Virus genome (UHGV): UHGV-0184544
Strand: one strand, 5' to 3'
Origin: a virus
DNA length: 27,297 nt
How positions within the stretch are numbered: the first letter of the stretch is position 1; each line of letters begins with the position of its first letter. The position numbers and the translations under genes are program-made. The notes beneath the pieces are model-generated. The model worked only from the letters and a program-made list of their open reading frames with translations. It had not been told where the DNA came from and did no database searches. Below, piece after piece: positions 15,890 through 26,015 of the stretch.

Positions 15890-18033
15890 TGAAAAATGAA
15901 ACTAATACCATGGCGACGAAAAACGACAACGGAGCCACGCCGCGTTTTTCTCAGCGCCAGTTACAGGCGCTTTGTTCTGATATTGACAGTCAGCCTAAAT
16001 GGCGCGATGCCGCAAACAAGGCCTGTGCGTATTACGATGGTGACCAGTTGCCACCGGAAGTTCTCCAGGTGTTGAAAGATCGCGGTCAGCCGATGACCAT
16101 CCATAACCTCATCGCGCCTACCGTTGATGGTGTTCTGGGTATGGAGGCCAAAACGCGGACTGATCTGTTGGTGATATCAGATGATCCTGATGATGAAACA
16201 GAAAAACTGGCTGAAGCTATTAATGCTGAATTTGCCGATGCTTGCCGCCTTGGAAATATGAATAAAGCCCGTTCTGATGCCTATGCGGAACAAATCAAAG
16301 CGGGGCTCAGCTGGGTGGAGGTCAGACGGAACAGCGATCCGTTCGGGCCTGAGTTTAAGGTGTCTACTGTCAGCCGGAATGAAGTGTTCTGGGACTGGCT
16401 CAGCCGGGAGGCTGATTTAAGTGACTGCCGCTGGCTGATGCGCCGCCGCTGGATGGATACCGATGAGGCAAAAGCCACATTTCCGGGAATGGCTCAGGTT
16501 ATCGATTATGCCATTGATGACTGGCGTGGTTTTGTCGATACCACGGTTACTGAAGGCCAGCCCAGTCCGTTGATGAGTGCATGGGAAGAGTATCAGTCAT
16601 GGGATCGACAGCAGAACGAATGGCTTCAGCGTGAACGCCGTCGTGTGCTGCTTCAGGTGGTTTATTACCGTACATTCGATCGCCTGCCTGTGATGGCGCT
16701 CAGCAGTGGCAGGGTGGTGGCCTTTGATAAAAATAATCTGATGCATGCGGTGGCTGTGGCATCCGGGCGGGTGCAGGTGAGAGTCGGGCGGGTAAGTCGT
16801 ATTCGTGAAGCCTGGTTTGTGGGACCGCACTTTATTGTGGATCGCCCCTGCAGTGCGCCGCAGGGGATGTTCCCGCTGGTTCCCTTCTGGGGATACCGGA
16901 AGGATAAAACCGGGGAGCCTTACGGGCTGATTTCCCGGGCCATTCCGGCACAGGATGAGGTGAATTTTCGTCGTATAAAACTGACGTGGTTGCTTCAGGC
17001 CAAACGCGTGATTATGGACGAGGATGCCACCCAGTTGTCAGACAACGAGCTGATGGAGCAGATCGAGCGTCCGGATGGCATTATTAAACTGAATCCGGCC
17101 CGAAAAAATCAGAAAAGCGTTGCTGATGTTTTCCGGGTTGAACAGGATTTTCAGGTTGCCAGCCAGCAGTTTCAGGTCATGCAGGAGTCGGAAAAACTTA
17201 TCCAGGACACGATGGGGGTTTATTCCGCATTTCTCGGGCAGGATTCAAATGCATCGTCCGGTGTGGCGATCAGCAACCTGGTGGAGCAGGGAGCCACAAC
17301 CCTTGCCGAAATCAACGATAACTACCAGTTTGCCTGCCAGCAGGTGGGAAGGCTGTTGCTCGCTTATCTTCTTGATGACCTGAAAAAGCGGCGTAATCAT
17401 GCGGTGGTGATTAATCGCGATGATCGTCAGCGTCGCCAGACCATTGTCCTCAATGCTGAAGGTGATAATGGTGAACTGACCAATGATATTTCAAGGTTAA
17501 ATACACATATTGCGCTGGCTCCTGTTCAGCAGACACCGGCGTTTAAGGCACAGCTTGCACAGAGAATGTCAGAGGTTATTCAGGGGCTGCCGCCTCAGGT
17601 GCAGGCTGTTGTGCTCGATCTGTGGGTTAATCTTCTGGATGTGCCGCAGAAACAGGAATTTGTCGAACGTATTCGTGCGGCGCTGGGGACGCCAAAATCA
17701 CCGGATGAGATGACTCCGGAAGAGCAGGAAGCGGCAGCACAACAGCAGGCGCTGGAGCAACAGCAGGCAGAACTTCAGATGCGCGAAATGACAGGCCGGG
17801 TGGCTAAACTGGAAGCAGAAGCTGCCAGGGCACGCGCGGCTGCGCAACGGGATAATGCTGGCGCACAACGGGATGTCGCCGCGGCACAGGGACAGCGTTA
17901 TGTGGATGCGCTTAACCAGGCACATACGGCAGAAATCATTACCGGCATACAGAATATGGAACAGGAGCAGGAAGTTCTTCAGCAACAGATGCTGCATACA
18001 CTACAACAGCGGATGCATGAAATGCCGCTCTGA
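15889..18033 (+). CDS. Portal protein
   Basis: 714 aa directly after the large terminase (TGATG overlap). Size and a Gln/Ala-rich C-terminal helical region are typical of P22-like portals. Confidence 0.75.
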   Translation: MKNETNTMATKNDNGATPRFSQRQLQALCSDIDSQPKWRDAANKACAYYDGDQLPPEVLQVLKDRGQPMTIHNLIAPTVDGVLGMEAKTRTDLLVISDDPDDETEKLAEAINAEFADACRLGNMNKARSDAYAEQIKAGLSWVEVRRNSDPFGPEFKVSTVSRNEVFWDWLSREADLSDCRWLMRRRWMDTDEAKATFPGMAQVIDYAIDDWRGFVDTTVTEGQPSPLMSAWEEYQSWDRQQNEWLQRERRRVLLQVVYYRTFDRLPVMALSSGRVVAFDKNNLMHAVAVASGRVQVRVGRVSRIREAWFVGPHFIVDRPCSAPQGMFPLVPFWGYRKDKTGEPYGLISRAIPAQDEVNFRRIKLTWLLQAKRVIMDEDATQLSDNELMEQIERPDGIIKLNPARKNQKSVADVFRVEQDFQVASQQFQVMQESEKLIQDTMGVYSAFLGQDSNASSGVAISNLVEQGATTLAEINDNYQFACQQVGRLLLAYLLDDLKKRRNHAVVINRDDRQRRQTIVLNAEGDNGELTNDISRLNTHIALAPVQQTPAFKAQLAQRMSEVIQGLPPQVQAVVLDLWVNLLDVPQKQEFVERIRAALGTPKSPDEMTPEEQEAAAQQQALEQQQAELQMREMTGRVAKLEAEAARARAAAQRDNAGAQRDVAAAQGQRYVDALNQAHTAEIITGIQNMEQEQEVLQQQMLHTLQQRMHEMPL

Positions 18034-18051
18034 AAATCCTGAACTTAACGG

Positions 18052-18077
18052 AACCCCGTCATCGTACGGGGTTTTTT
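18052..18077 (+). terminator. Intrinsic terminator after the portal gene
   Basis: Stem AACCCCGT / ACGGGGTT, loop CATCGT, then TTTTTT. Confidence 0.7.
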
Positions 18078-18190
18078 GTTTCCGGAGATAAGCGTTCCGG
18101 GAGCGGTGCGCTTATTCGCGGGGGCAGCGATAAGCCTTATTTACTCAACCATTCGGATCTGTCCGATAAACAGACCATGCGGAGTTATTT

Positions 18191-19198
18191 ATGGATTTTG
18201 AATTTACGGGTGAAGAAACCCCGGAACAACTGGAAAAAATGCTGGAAGGGCTTGGGGATGTGGATATTGACGGTCACGAACAGGACGGCGTGACAGAGGC
18301 CGCCACAGAAAATCATGCGGATGAGGCAGCACAGACACAGACGGGCGATAACACTGCGGCACCGACGCCGGATGCCAGTGCTGAGCAGACGCAGGACGTG
18401 AAGGAGCCGGAGGCGAAGGGTGTGCTCACCCGCGATGGTAAACACGTCATTCCCTATGAAGTCCTTGAGGCTGAACGTTCCGGTAAGCAGCGGGCCGAAC
18501 AGGAAGCCGCACTTCTTCGGGGACAGATAGCCGAAGAAAAACGCCTGGTTGAACTGCTGACGTCTCAGATCCACCAGGCCGGTATGAAACCCGCACCGTT
18601 ACCGGAAAACGAAAAAATCTCTGATGAGAAGATTGCCCGTATCAGGGATATGTATCCGGAAATTGGTGACGCGGTGGCTTCGCTCATCCGTAAAAATAAC
18701 TATCTCCAGTCCCGTGTTCAGCAATCAGCACAGCAGGCAGAAGGTCATGGTGGTGAGGATTTATCACCGGTTCTTGATGCGATGAATGCCGTGCCGGTGC
18801 TGAAAACGTGGCAGAACTCCGATCCGGATCGCTTCTCGGTTGCCGTATCCATCGACGGGAAGCTCCAGAATGACCCCGCATGGAAAGACAAACCGCTCAC
18901 TGAACGTTTCGCCGAAGTGGCCCGCCGTACGCAGCTTGCTTTCGGTGAAGCCAGTGAGCCGCCTTCTGATGACAAGGCAGACAACACGGATATCCGGAAA
19001 ACGGCGGAAGAAAAAGTGAAAGCCGCTGAACGGGAGATGGCAGTGCCTGCTTCCCCGTCAGAGCTTGGCAACACGGCTTCCGTCGGAACCGGTGATAATT
19101 TTGAACGGTTACTTGGTGCTTCCCATACCGAAATTGAAGCCGCCATGCGAGGCATGACGGACGCTGAAATTGACGCGATTCTGGAAAAACTCGGGTAA
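18191..19198 (+). CDS. Putative scaffolding protein
   Basis: 335 aa, highly acidic, helical/coiled-coil-like, between portal and major capsid. GGAG RBS. Confidence 0.55.
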   Translation: MDFEFTGEETPEQLEKMLEGLGDVDIDGHEQDGVTEAATENHADEAAQTQTGDNTAAPTPDASAEQTQDVKEPEAKGVLTRDGKHVIPYEVLEAERSGKQRAEQEAALLRGQIAEEKRLVELLTSQIHQAGMKPAPLPENEKISDEKIARIRDMYPEIGDAVASLIRKNNYLQSRVQQSAQQAEGHGGEDLSPVLDAMNAVPVLKTWQNSDPDRFSVAVSIDGKLQNDPAWKDKPLTERFAEVARRTQLAFGEASEPPSDDKADNTDIRKTAEEKVKAAEREMAVPASPSELGNTASVGTGDNFERLLGASHTEIEAAMRGMTDAEIDAILEKLG

Positions 19199-19220
19199 CC
19201 ACTGAAGGAGTACTGACGTA

Positions 19221-20435
19221 ATGACCACAGTAACAACAGCCCAGGCGAATAAGCTGTATCAGGTGGCGCTTTTCACGGCTGCCAACCGCAACCGCTCAAT
19301 GGTGAATATACTCACTGAACAGCAGGATGCACCAAAAGCAGTTTCGCCTGACAAGAAAAGCACGAAGCAGACCAGTGCCGGTGCACCGGTTGTGCGAATC
19401 ACGGACCTCAACAAACAGGCCGGTGATGAAGTGACGTTCAGCATCATGCACAAACTCTCTAAACGTCCGACGATGGGGGATGAGCGCGTTGAAGGCCGTG
19501 GTGAAGACCTCAGCCATGCTGATTTTTCCCTGAAAATTAATCAGGGCCGTCACCTGGTGGATGCGGGCGGACGTATGAGCCAGCAGCGTACGAAGTTCAA
19601 CCTGGCATCCTCTGCCAGAACGCTGCTGGGTACGTACTTTAACGACCTGCAGGACCAGTGTGCGATAGTGCATCTTGCCGGTGCCCGCGGTGATTTTGTT
19701 GCTGATGACACCATTCTGCCAACGGCAGATCACCCTGAATTCAAAAAAATCATGATCAACGACGTACTGCCGCCGACGCATGATCGTCATTTTTTCGGTG
19801 GGGATGCGACGAGTTTTGAGAGTATTGACCAGTCTGACCTGTTCACTCTTGCGCTGGTCGATAATCTCTCACTGTTTATTGACGAGATGGCTCATCCGTT
19901 ACAACCGGTACGCCTGTCCGGTGATGAGCTGTATGGCGAAGATCCGTATTACGTCCTCTACGTCACGCCGCGTCAGTGGAATGACTGGTACACCTCCACG
20001 TCCGGCAAGGACTGGAACCAGATGATGACGCGTGCCGTAAACCGCTCAAAAGGGTTTAACCATCCGCTGTTCAAAGGCGAATGTGCGATGTGGCGCAATA
20101 TTCTGGTCCGTAAGTATGCGGGGATGCCGATCCGTTTCTATAAGGACTCAAAGGTCCTTGTATCGAAAAACGATATGGCAGCAACCACAGAGGAGAAGCA
20201 GGCCAAGACCAACATCGACCGTGCCATGCTGCTGGGGGCTCAGGCGCTGGCGAATGCGTACGGCCAGAAGGGCGGCGGCCACTTCAACATGGTTGAGAAG
20301 AAAACGGATATGGATAACCGTACTGAGATAGCAATCAGCTGGATCAACGGTCTGAAAAAAATCCGTTTCCCCGAGAAGAGCGGCAAGATGCAGGATCACG
20401 GTGTTATTGCCGTTGATACCGCAGTGAAGCTCTGA
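19221..20435 (+). CDS. Major capsid protein
   Basis: 404 aa after the scaffold, AAGGAG RBS, followed by a strong terminator as usual for highly expressed capsid genes. Assignment by position and size. Confidence 0.7.
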   Translation: MTTVTTAQANKLYQVALFTAANRNRSMVNILTEQQDAPKAVSPDKKSTKQTSAGAPVVRITDLNKQAGDEVTFSIMHKLSKRPTMGDERVEGRGEDLSHADFSLKINQGRHLVDAGGRMSQQRTKFNLASSARTLLGTYFNDLQDQCAIVHLAGARGDFVADDTILPTADHPEFKKIMINDVLPPTHDRHFFGGDATSFESIDQSDLFTLALVDNLSLFIDEMAHPLQPVRLSGDELYGEDPYYVLYVTPRQWNDWYTSTSGKDWNQMMTRAVNRSKGFNHPLFKGECAMWRNILVRKYAGMPIRFYKDSKVLVSKNDMAATTEEKQAKTNIDRAMLLGAQALANAYGQKGGGHFNMVEKKTDMDNRTEIAISWINGLKKIRFPEKSGKMQDHGVIAVDTAVKL

Positions 20436-20451
20436 TTTTTCCTTTCCCCAT

Positions 20452-20474
20452 GCCGGGTTATCGCCCGGCTTTTT
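20452..20474 (+). terminator. Intrinsic terminator after the major capsid gene
   Basis: Stem GCCGGG / CCCGGC, loop TTATCG, then TTTTT. Confidence 0.7.
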
Positions 20475-20489
20475 CAGGAGTCATTAATT

Positions 20490-20882
20490 ATGGCAAAGAC
20501 TATCCTTGCTCCGTCACTGAGTGAGCGGGTTTATTCAGGTACGCATGGTAATGAGTCGGTGGCAGAAGGTGTGTTTACAGTGAATGCTGCCGAACAGGAA
20601 ACCGTTATTAATCTTCTCTCACTGCCGACTGGCGTTCGCATTAATGGGATCCAACTGATTTCAAAAGGTGGTCTTGGTGGTACGGCGACCGTCAGCGTTA
20701 AATCTGGCAAGCATGAGCTCATTGGTGACAGTGGTGCAGTAACTGCCAGCTTTGCTAAATATGTGCCAGTGGAGCCGTACACCACACTGCGTGACGGGGA
20801 GCTGGTTACGGTCACCATTAAGACAGCTGCTGCGACCGGTACCCTGAATGTTCTGCTGCGTTATACCGTGGTGGGATACTGA
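20490..20882 (+). CDS. Hypothetical virion protein (decoration or head-completion candidate)
   Basis: 130 aa ORF with CAGGAG RBS, between two terminators in the structural module. Confidence 0.55.
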   Translation: MAKTILAPSLSERVYSGTHGNESVAEGVFTVNAAEQETVINLLSLPTGVRINGIQLISKGGLGGTATVSVKSGKHELIGDSGAVTASFAKYVPVEPYTTLRDGELVTVTIKTAAATGTLNVLLRYTVVGY

Positions 20883-20895
20883 TATAAACCTTCCG

Positions 20896-20918
20896 GCCCG
20901 CGTCATGCGGGCTTTTTT
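20896..20918 (+). terminator. Intrinsic terminator
   Basis: Stem GCCCGC / GCGGGC, loop GTCAT, then TTTTTT. Confidence 0.7.
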
Positions 20919-20932
20919 ATCCGGGGAATTAT

Positions 20933-21394
20933 ATGAGCGAGAAAATTGCCGTTGTCTATATCGGCCCCAAACCCGTGAAAAAGGATACCCTTACCGGGAG
21001 TCGTACACTGTTCCCGCGTCTTGAGCCGGTGCATGTTGACAGCGCGCTTGCCTGGCAGTTGCTGGCCTTTCCGGATGTCTGGGTTCGTCATGAAGAGCTT
21101 GATGGTGTGCTCAAAAAGCAACAACAGGATGAGCAGTTGCGGCAGGCACAGCAGGCGCAGGAAAGAGAACAGGTTGCTCTTGCAGAAGCGGAGAACAGTT
21201 TTGTGGTTAGCGTTGGTGGTCAGGATGTGGATTTGAGCAAACTCACGTCCGCACGGCTGGCAACGTTGTGTGAGGCAGAAGAGCTGAATATTCACAAAGA
21301 CCCGAAAGAAACGGCTGATGCATTTCGTGTCCGTGTGCGTGAGGCATTTCGCCGTCGTGTTGCGGAGACTGAACAGCATGGCGGAACTGACTGA
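20933..21394 (+). CDS. Hypothetical structural-module protein
   Basis: 153 aa ORF in the late operon; Gln/Glu-rich central segment. Confidence 0.5.
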   Translation: MSEKIAVVYIGPKPVKKDTLTGSRTLFPRLEPVHVDSALAWQLLAFPDVWVRHEELDGVLKKQQQDEQLRQAQQAQEREQVALAEAENSFVVSVGGQDVDLSKLTSARLATLCEAEELNIHKDPKETADAFRVRVREAFRRRVAETEQHGGTD

Positions 21395-21941
21395 TTTTTT
21401 ACCGTATGTCCGTCGCCATATCAGTGGTCCGCTGAACATTATGATGACGGATGCGTTATCCATGTCGGCAGTGGCATTCTGCCGTCAGTCCCTGTTGTGC
21501 CGCCGTGAAGCCACGCTGTCACCGTCAGCCGGAGAGGACTGTGTGCTGCCATATGACGCGGAGAATGAAGAGTGCGTACATATTATTCGTATCCTCGCTG
21601 ACGGGCGTGAGCTTTTTGCCGGTCATGATGTGGAAATCCGCCCGGGGCGGGTAATGCATTTTGCCTGTTCGCCCGGAGAGGTGAGTGTGCTTTATGCCGT
21701 TGCTCCGAAAGCAGGGAGCCGTCAGGTGCAGGATGAACTGCGGGCATGGTCTGAAGAAGTGGCTGCAGGGGCGCTTGAACGGTTGTTCATGCAGACCGGG
21801 GTTTCATGGTCAGACCCGTCGCGCGCACAGTATTTCTCTGTGCTGTTTTCTGAGGGTATCCGTCGGGCATATCGCGACACACTGGCGACAAGTCCGTACT
21901 CCTCATACCGCAATCCTGTCCGCAGACAAAGGTTTTACTGA
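21378..21941 (+). CDS. Hypothetical structural-module protein
   Basis: 188 aa from the internal ATG at 21378 (MAELTDFLPY...), overlapping the preceding stop. The ORF-track start at 21318 lies inside the upstream gene. Confidence 0.45.
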   Translation: MAELTDFLPYVRRHISGPLNIMMTDALSMSAVAFCRQSLLCRREATLSPSAGEDCVLPYDAENEECVHIIRILADGRELFAGHDVEIRPGRVMHFACSPGEVSVLYAVAPKAGSRQVQDELRAWSEEVAAGALERLFMQTGVSWSDPSRAQYFSVLFSEGIRRAYRDTLATSPYSSYRNPVRRQRFY

Positions 21942-22591
21942 TGACGACGATTACTGAAATCATCGGACGAGTGAACACGCAACTGGTTGACCCGATGATG
22001 GTGCGCTGGCCTCTGGCTGAGCTGTGTGATTATTACAATGATGCTGTGCGGGCGGTGATTCTGGCAAGGCCGGATGCAGGCGCAAGTCTGGAGACGCTGA
22101 ATTGTGTTCCTGGTGCACGTCAGACTTTGCCTGATGGCGCAATACAGCTTCTTGACGTGATATGCCTCAGCGATGGCAGTGCTGTAAAACCGCAATCCCG
22201 TGAGGTGCTTGATGCACAGTATCCCGACTGGCACATGCTGAGGGGGAAACCGGAATGCTTTATCAGCAGTGATCTTGCCCCGCGCGTGTTCTGGCTGTTT
22301 CCGGCACCGGAGGAGGCTGTGAGTGTTGATGCTGTGGTCAGCCGCATTCCGGAGGCGGTGTATGTTCTGACGCAGGATGATGACACGCCTGTACCGCTGG
22401 AAGAGGCTTATGTTAACCCGCTGGTTGACTGGATGTTGTTTCGTGCATTCAGCAAGGATGCAGCCGGTGGTGCAGAGTCAGGACTGGCAGCACAACATTA
22501 TCAGAGTTTTGTTGAGCAGCTCGGGATTAAACAGGGTGCAGACAGTGCATTGTCTGCCCGCAAGAAGGTGTTTAACGGAGGTGGAATGTGA
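21941..22591 (+). CDS. Hypothetical virion/tail-associated protein
   Basis: 216 aa directly upstream of the tail fiber; its stop overlaps the fiber start. Confidence 0.5.
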   Translation: MTTITEIIGRVNTQLVDPMMVRWPLAELCDYYNDAVRAVILARPDAGASLETLNCVPGARQTLPDGAIQLLDVICLSDGSAVKPQSREVLDAQYPDWHMLRGKPECFISSDLAPRVFWLFPAPEEAVSVDAVVSRIPEAVYVLTQDDDTPVPLEEAYVNPLVDWMLFRAFSKDAAGGAESGLAAQHYQSFVEQLGIKQGADSALSARKKVFNGGGM

Positions 22592-24603
22592 GTGTTGTTG
22601 TTTCGGGGACGCTGAAATCTCCTGATGGTGAGGCAATATCAGGCGCAAATATTACCCTGACGGCGCTGACAGTTTCACCGGATGCGCTCAGCGGCACCAG
22701 TGCGTCAGCAGTGACTCGTGACGGCGGGTATTACGGAATGACGCTGGAGCCGGGGGAGTATGCGGTTTCTGTGACGGTGAAAGGGAAGACTGCTGTCTAC
22801 GGACGTGTGCGTATTGAGGGGACTGAAAGTACGGTGACGCTCAATATGCTGTTACGCCGCAGTCTTGTTGAGGTGAGCATACCCGGAGAACTGCTGACAG
22901 ATTTCCGGCAGATACAGAACAATGTGGCGGATGACCTTGCCACGATTCGTCGTCTGAACGAAGACACGGCGGTGAAAAATAATCAGGCTTCACAGTCGAA
23001 GGAAAGCGCTGCTGCCAGTGCGAAGACTGCATCAGAAAGCGCGAAGGCTGCGACCAGCAAAGCGACGGAGTCTGCACAAAAAGCCAGTGAGGCTGCAGAG
23101 GCGGCGACCCGGGCAGGTGAGTCTGAAAAGGCAGCGGCAGCTGACGCTAAAGAGGCCAGACGACATGCTGAAACCGCCAGAGTGGCTCAGGAGGCCGCCG
23201 GAGACGTTCTTAAACGTGCTGAGGCTGCTACGGTTAGTGCTGAAGAAGCCAGACGTATGGCTGAGAATGCACGAGGACCTAAAGGCGATACAGGGCCGAA
23301 AGGTGATGCTGGTCCTCGTGGTGAAACAGGTCCGGCGGGTCCGCGTGGGGAGAAAGGTGAGCAGGGAGAGCGCGGACCTCAGGGCATACCGGGCCAGAAA
23401 GGTGATACAGGAGAACGGGGACCTCAGGGAGTGCAGGGGCCAGCTGGCGCAACAGGGCCATCTGGCCCACGTGGTGCGACCGGGCCACAGGGAGCAATGG
23501 GGCCGCGTGGTGAAACCGGGGCCAGAGGCGAAAAAGGAGACCCGGGGGGGCCTCAGGGACCAAAGGGGGATACTGGTCCGAGAGGTGAGCCGGGGCCGGC
23601 AGGAGCAAAGGGAGAGCGCGGTGAGACCGGACCTGCGGGGCCGAAAGGGGAACCCGGGGAACGTGGTCCGCAAGGATTACAGGGCCCCGCCGGAGAGAGA
23701 GGTGAACCGGGTCCGGCAGGTCCGAAAGGTGAACGAGGCGAAGCTGGACCTCAGGGACCTCGTGGGGAGCCAGGCCCGGCGGGCAGCGCAGCAAATGTGG
23801 CAGATGCGACGACGGCACAGAAGGGAATTGTGCAGTTAAGCAGCGCAACGGACAGTGATGATGAAACGAAGGCAGCCACACCGAAAGCTGTGAAGGCGGC
23901 AATGGATGAGGCCAGGGCAGCGAAACAGAAGGCAGAAGAGGTTGCGACAACCCGCCCGTCGGGAGAAAGCATACCTGGACCGAAAGGTGACAGGGGCGAG
24001 CAAGGACCGGCAGGTCCCACAGGTCCGAAAGGTGAGCGCGGTGAACCCGGACCTCAGGGGCCTGCAGGACAGAAAGGTGAGCAGGGCCTCCGTGGGCTGC
24101 AGGGGGCGACAGGACCTGCGGGAGCAGTGGGGCCCGCAGGCCCACGGGGACCGGCTGGTGCAGCTGGTCCCAAAGGTGATGCAGGCCCGACCGGACCCCG
24201 GGGTCAAAAAGGTGATACAGGACCTGCAGGTCCGCAGGGACCAGCTGGCCCGGCAGGCCCACAGGGGGTTGCCGGAAGGGACGGCAATGTTTCCACCGGG
24301 AAATATGCGGTTGGTTCTTATGTTTTTGGCGTGTCCTCTGTCTATGCTGACGGCGAAGGCTTATTTTCATCAGGGATATATGAAAACATTCAGGGTAGCT
24401 CCATTGATCTGATTTCAATACAGACAACACAAACAGGCGCATCAACACCAAATCAAATCTGGTTTTTGAAACTGGAGGAGGACATTCCGGGGGTGTGGCG
24501 GGCATTTAAACCCGCCGCATATATTGATCTGATGCCAGAAGGAATGCAAGGAGGAAAGAACTCGATGTTTAACTTTATTACTCTTTTCCAGCGGATAGCG
24601 TAA
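22588..24603 (+). CDS. Tail fiber protein with two collagen-like Gly-X-Y domains and a phage-tail-fibre repeat
   Basis: Long uninterrupted [30 protein letters not shown]... runs (~23275-23785 and ~23977-24285). Between them, [30 protein letters not shown] matches the tail-fibre repeat motif. GTG start overlaps the upstream stop. Confidence 0.8.
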   Translation: MSVVVSGTLKSPDGEAISGANITLTALTVSPDALSGTSASAVTRDGGYYGMTLEPGEYAVSVTVKGKTAVYGRVRIEGTESTVTLNMLLRRSLVEVSIPGELLTDFRQIQNNVADDLATIRRLNEDTAVKNNQASQSKESAAASAKTASESAKAATSKATESAQKASEAAEAATRAGESEKAAAADAKEARRHAETARVAQEAAGDVLKRAEAATVSAEEARRMAENARGPKGDTGPKGDAGPRGETGPAGPRGEKGEQGERGPQGIPGQKGDTGERGPQGVQGPAGATGPSGPRGATGPQGAMGPRGETGARGEKGDPGGPQGPKGDTGPRGEPGPAGAKGERGETGPAGPKGEPGERGPQGLQGPAGERGEPGPAGPKGERGEAGPQGPRGEPGPAGSAANVADATTAQKGIVQLSSATDSDDETKAATPKAVKAAMDEARAAKQKAEEVATTRPSGESIPGPKGDRGEQGPAGPTGPKGERGEPGPQGPAGQKGEQGLRGLQGATGPAGAVGPAGPRGPAGAAGPKGDAGPTGPRGQKGDTGPAGPQGPAGPAGPQGVAGRDGNVSTGKYAVGSYVFGVSSVYADGEGLFSSGIYENIQGSSIDLISIQTTQTGASTPNQIWFLKLEEDIPGVWRAFKPAAYIDLMPEGMQGGKNSMFNFITLFQRIA

Positions 24604-24614
24604 CGAGGTACGGC

Positions 24615-25208
24615 ATGATAATAGCGATCAGTGCGGTTAAGGATCCGGTATATACCAGGCAGGGATGTATCAACTGTCTGGTGAAACTCACCGGAGTTGA
24701 CGAGGAGGAGACGGACTGGCTTCCGTTTACGGCGACACCAACGGACGAAGCCCCTCATGGAAAAGAACTCTGGCAGGCACTGAACTCAGGTCAATATGGT
24801 CAAATCGCGCCGTATACTCAACCGGAAGATGCGGTGGAAAAAGCCAGACAACAGAAAATTAATGAGATCAACGCCTGGCGTAATGCGATGGAAGCGGCGA
24901 ACTACACGTTTGAGCACAATGGGCGTAAATGGGACTACGGGAAGTCAACGCAGACGCGTCTTGAGCCGTCGGTGGCTGCCGCGAAAGCAGGAATACTGCC
25001 GGAGGGTTTTTTCTGGACGGATGCGGAGAATAACGACGTCCCGATGACGGCTGGGGAGCTGATGGCACTCAGTGAGGCGGCGGAGAAGGCGATGTTCACC
25101 AAAGGGATGGAAATTCATGTCAGACAGCGCACGATGAAAAAAGAGATTGAAGCGCTGGGTGATGCGGAAGCTATACTGGCGTATAAGGTCGGCATGGCTG
25201 ACAGGTGA
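24615..25208 (+). CDS. Tail fiber assembly (chaperone) protein, Tfa-like
   Basis: 197 aa immediately after the fiber with GAGG RBS. Size, position and general resemblance to Tfa proteins. Confidence 0.65.
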   Translation: MIIAISAVKDPVYTRQGCINCLVKLTGVDEEETDWLPFTATPTDEAPHGKELWQALNSGQYGQIAPYTQPEDAVEKARQQKINEINAWRNAMEAANYTFEHNGRKWDYGKSTQTRLEPSVAAAKAGILPEGFFWTDAENNDVPMTAGELMALSEAAEKAMFTKGMEIHVRQRTMKKEIEALGDAEAILAYKVGMADR

Positions 25209-25335
25209 AAAAAAGAGGGGCGCTCCAGCCCCTTGCTACAAAGCTATGGCTAAATAAAGAATACTCAGGTCGAGGAAATAATCTGGCAATGATAATTAAA
25301 GGAGATGCAACGGCCTCCTTCACCCCTGTCAAAGA

Positions 25336-25628
25336 TAAAAAACTGGGGAGTGCGTGCTCCCCGAGAGCATGATACTTGTGGTTGATAGTTATTTTTATCC
25401 GGCGACAAAGATATTGAGATGAGGTCGCGGATGCAATACAGAATTTTCGTATTGCATGGTAACTGCTGATTCCTGAAACTGAAAGTCGTCATGAAACTGT
25501 AAGCGAAAAAACGGGGAGACGGCACGCTCCCCAAGGTCATACATGAGATAGTGGTGTTTTTATAGTCGAAAGAATAATTGCATAAAAAGAGTGTAAATTA
25601 AACATTCAGGGGATACAGAATTTTCGTA
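25336..25628. repeat. Two diverged ~120-170 bp direct repeat units in an AT-rich spacer
   Basis: Each has an A6 run plus GGGGAG...CTCCCC hairpin (25337-25362; 25506-25532) and the 16-mer ATACAGAATTTTCGTA (25436-25451; 25613-25628). Confidence 0.7.
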
Positions 25629-26015
25629 GGCTGAGGGATTGCTGAAAATAATTTAGTGCGTCCTTCAATGGTCACTCAATAGTCATCAGATTGTGCTGAT
25701 GTAAACAGTTAAGCACAATTTGATTATTTGACTTTCTTCTTTTTGTGACTAACTTCACAATTAAAGATGTAACCGTATACAAATTGTTGATGAATAAAGA
25801 GACAGCATAAGTGGCAGGCCAGTCGTAATGCGGATATCCCTTCGCGGACGTGATATCACCGACGTTATAGTAAGGAAATTCCGAAAAACTTTATATTAAA
25901 ATTCGGAATTTCTTCAGGAGTAAGCTCATGAGAGCGGCGAGACATCAGATTTTCTTTATATATCCGATGTTGAACTGTTTTATTTGTATACAGATAATTT
26001 TATAGGGTATACCAC

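Noticed and set aside
20903-21463. Minus-strand ORF 20903..21463 (186 aa)
   Set aside because: Antisense to plus-strand structural ORFs in a uniformly plus-strand late operon; Leu-rich low-complexity translation.
23018-24505. Long ORFs on other frames and the minus strand across the collagen-repeat region (23018..23839, 23032..23673, 23279..24505, 23906..24412)
   Set aside because: Artefacts of GC-rich triplet-periodic DNA; their translations are low-complexity Arg/Pro/Leu-rich and overlap the tail-fiber gene.
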